Origin: Heterodontus francisci | Lineage: Eukaryota | Direction of reading: 5' to 3' | Length of the DNA stretch: 64,000 nucleotides | NCBI RefSeq assembly: GCF_036365525.1 | Contig: NC_090415.1 | Coordinates: 12,400,001 to 12,464,000, forward strand | Shown: positions 62,280 to 64,000 of the stretch, in pieces | How the letters are laid out: every line of letters starts with the position of its first letter | How positions within the stretch are numbered: position 1 is the stretch's first letter | Made by a program: the position numbers and the translations under genes | Notes under the pieces: generated by a model | What the model was told of the DNA's origin: nothing | The model's database searches: none | The model's input: the letters and a program-made list of their open reading frames with translations, nothing else

Positions 62280-63318
62280 TTTGGCTGGCCCATAGAAGAC
62301 AGAGGGTGGTAGGAGATGGAAAGTATTCAGCCTGGAGCTCGGTGACCAGTGGTGTTCTGCAGGGATCTGTTCTGGGACCTCTGCTCTTTGTGATTTTTAT
62401 AAATGATTTGGATGAGGAAGTGGAAGGCTGGGTTAGCAAGTTTGCCGATGACACGAAGATTGCTGGAGTTGTGGATAGTGTGGAAGGCTGTTGTAGGTTG
62501 CAATGGGGTATTGACAGGATGCAGAGCTGGGCTGAGAAGTGGCAGATGGAGTTCAATCTGGAAAAGTGTGAAGTGATTCATTTTGGAAGGTCGAATTTAA
62601 ATGCAGAATACAGGCTTAAAGACAGGATTCTTGGTAGTGTGGAGGAACAGAGGGATCTTGGGGTCCATTTCCATAGATCGCTCAAAGTTGCCACCCAAGT
62701 TGATAGGGTTGTTAAAAGGCGTATGGTGTGTTGGCTTTCATTAACAGGGGGATTGAGTTTAAGAGCCGCGAGGTTATGCTGCAGCTCTATAAAGCCCTGG
62801 TTAGACCACACTTGGAATATTGTGTTCAGCTCTGAACGCCTCATTGTAGGAAGGATGTGGAAGCTTTAGAGAGGGTGCAGAAGAGATTTACCAGGATGCT
62901 GCCTGGACTGGAGGGCATGTCTTACGAAGGAAGGTTGATGGAGCTAGGGCTTTTCTCATTGGAGCAAGGAAGGATGAGAGGTGACTTGATAGAGGGGTAC
63001 AAGATGATGAGAGGCATAGATAGAGTGGATAGCAGGAGACTTTTTCCCAGGGTGGAAAGGGCTATCACAAGGGGGCATAATTTTAAGGTGATTGGAGGAA
63101 GGTTTCGGGGAGATGTCAGAGGTAGGGTCTTTACACAGAGAGTGGTGGGTGCGTGGAATGCACTGCCAGTGCTGGGAGTAGAAGCAGATACATTAGGAAC
63201 ATTTAAGCGACTCTTGGATAGGTACATGGATGATAGTAGAAAGAAGGGTATGCAGGTAGTTTGATCTTAGAGTAGGTTAAAGGTTCGGCACAACATCGTG
63301 GGCCGAAGGGCCTGTAAT
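62280..63318 (+). mobile_element. 5'-truncated CR1 LINE (RT plus 3' UTR)
   Basis: GVLQGSVLGPLLF, KFADDTK, WNALP. Confidence 0.92.
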
Positions 63319-63319
63319 G

Positions 63320-63666
63320 TTTAGTTTAGTTCAGAGATACAGCACTGAAACAGACCCTTCGGCCCACCGAGACTGTGCCGACCATCAACCACCCATTTAT
63401 ACTAATCCTACACGAATCCCATATTCCTACCACATCCCCACCTGTCCCTATATTTCCCTACCACCTCCCTATACTAGGGGCAATTTATAATGGCCAATTA
63501 ACCGAGCAACCTGCAAGTCTTTGGCATGTGGGAGGAAACCAGAGCACCCGGAGGAAACCCACGCAGACACAGGGAGAACTTGCAAACTCCACACGGGCAG
63601 TACCCAGAATTGAACCTGGGTCGCTGGAGCTGTGAGGCTGCGGTGCTAACCACTGCGCCACTGTGC
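63320..63666 (-). mobile_element. Full-length HE1/V-SINE-type SINE
   Basis: Head CACAGTGGCGCAGTGGTTAGCACC...GGTTCAATTC, V core and (TAAAC)n tail. Confidence 0.9.
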
Positions 63667-63679
63667 TGTACTGTTCTAC

Positions 63680-63925
63680 ACCCCGTATCCTGAGACTGTG
63701 AGCCCTGGTTCTGGACTCCCCAGCCATCGGGAACATCCTCCCTGCATTTAGCATGAATCCTGTTAGAATTTTATAGGTTTCTATGAGATCCCCTCTCATT
63801 CTTCTAAACCAAAGTAAATGGAGGCCTACTTGACCCAATCTCTCCTCGTCCATCAATCCTGCCATCCCAGGAACCAAGGCGAGAACAAAATTCCTAAGAT
63901 AAATAGACCAAAACTACACACAATA
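63680..63925 (-). mobile_element. CR1-group fragment
   Basis: VPGMAGL...RRMRGDLIETYKILTG. Confidence 0.75.
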
Positions 63926-64000
63926 CGGTGGCACAGTGGTTAGCACCACAGCCTCACAGCTCCAGCGACATGGGTTTGGTTCTGGGGACTGCCTGTGCGG
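63926..64000 (+). mobile_element. SINE 5' head, cut by the window edge
   Basis: CGGTGGCACAGTGGTTAGCACCACAGCCTCACAGCTCCAGCGAC. Confidence 0.8.

Noticed and set aside
63590-63666. tRNA-like sequences with A/B boxes (also 58368, 63926, 41600, 14430, 4400)
   Set aside because: They continue into the V core and LINE-like tail, so they are SINE heads, not tRNA genes.

Overview
Vertebrate genomic DNA, most likely a shark or other elasmobranch; this is inferred from HE1/V-SINE-type SINEs, abundant CR1-group LINEs and the histone tail style. The window is a replication-dependent histone locus inside a TE-dense, segmentally duplicated region. It holds one full quintet, H1(+) H4(+) H3.2(+) H2A(-) H2B(-), at 52.9-58.2 kb. 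A partial paralogous unit at 19.3-21.6 kb keeps H2A, H2B and only the 3' UTR of H3. The rest is mostly decayed CR1-group and RTE LINEs, a Penelope-like (GIY-YIG) element, SINEs and a degenerate ~40-bp repeat. The least expected observations are: (1) a protamine/transition-protein-like basic ORF at 16575-16770 (-); (2) a four-copy, minus-strand multi-exon mini-gene or lncRNA family with NRF1-motif promoters; (3) Penelope-derived hammerhead-ribozyme motifs, including head-to-head palindromes; (4) inverted relics of histone flanking DNA; (5) signs of decay in individual histone copies. All alignments were made by eye and TE boundaries are approximate.
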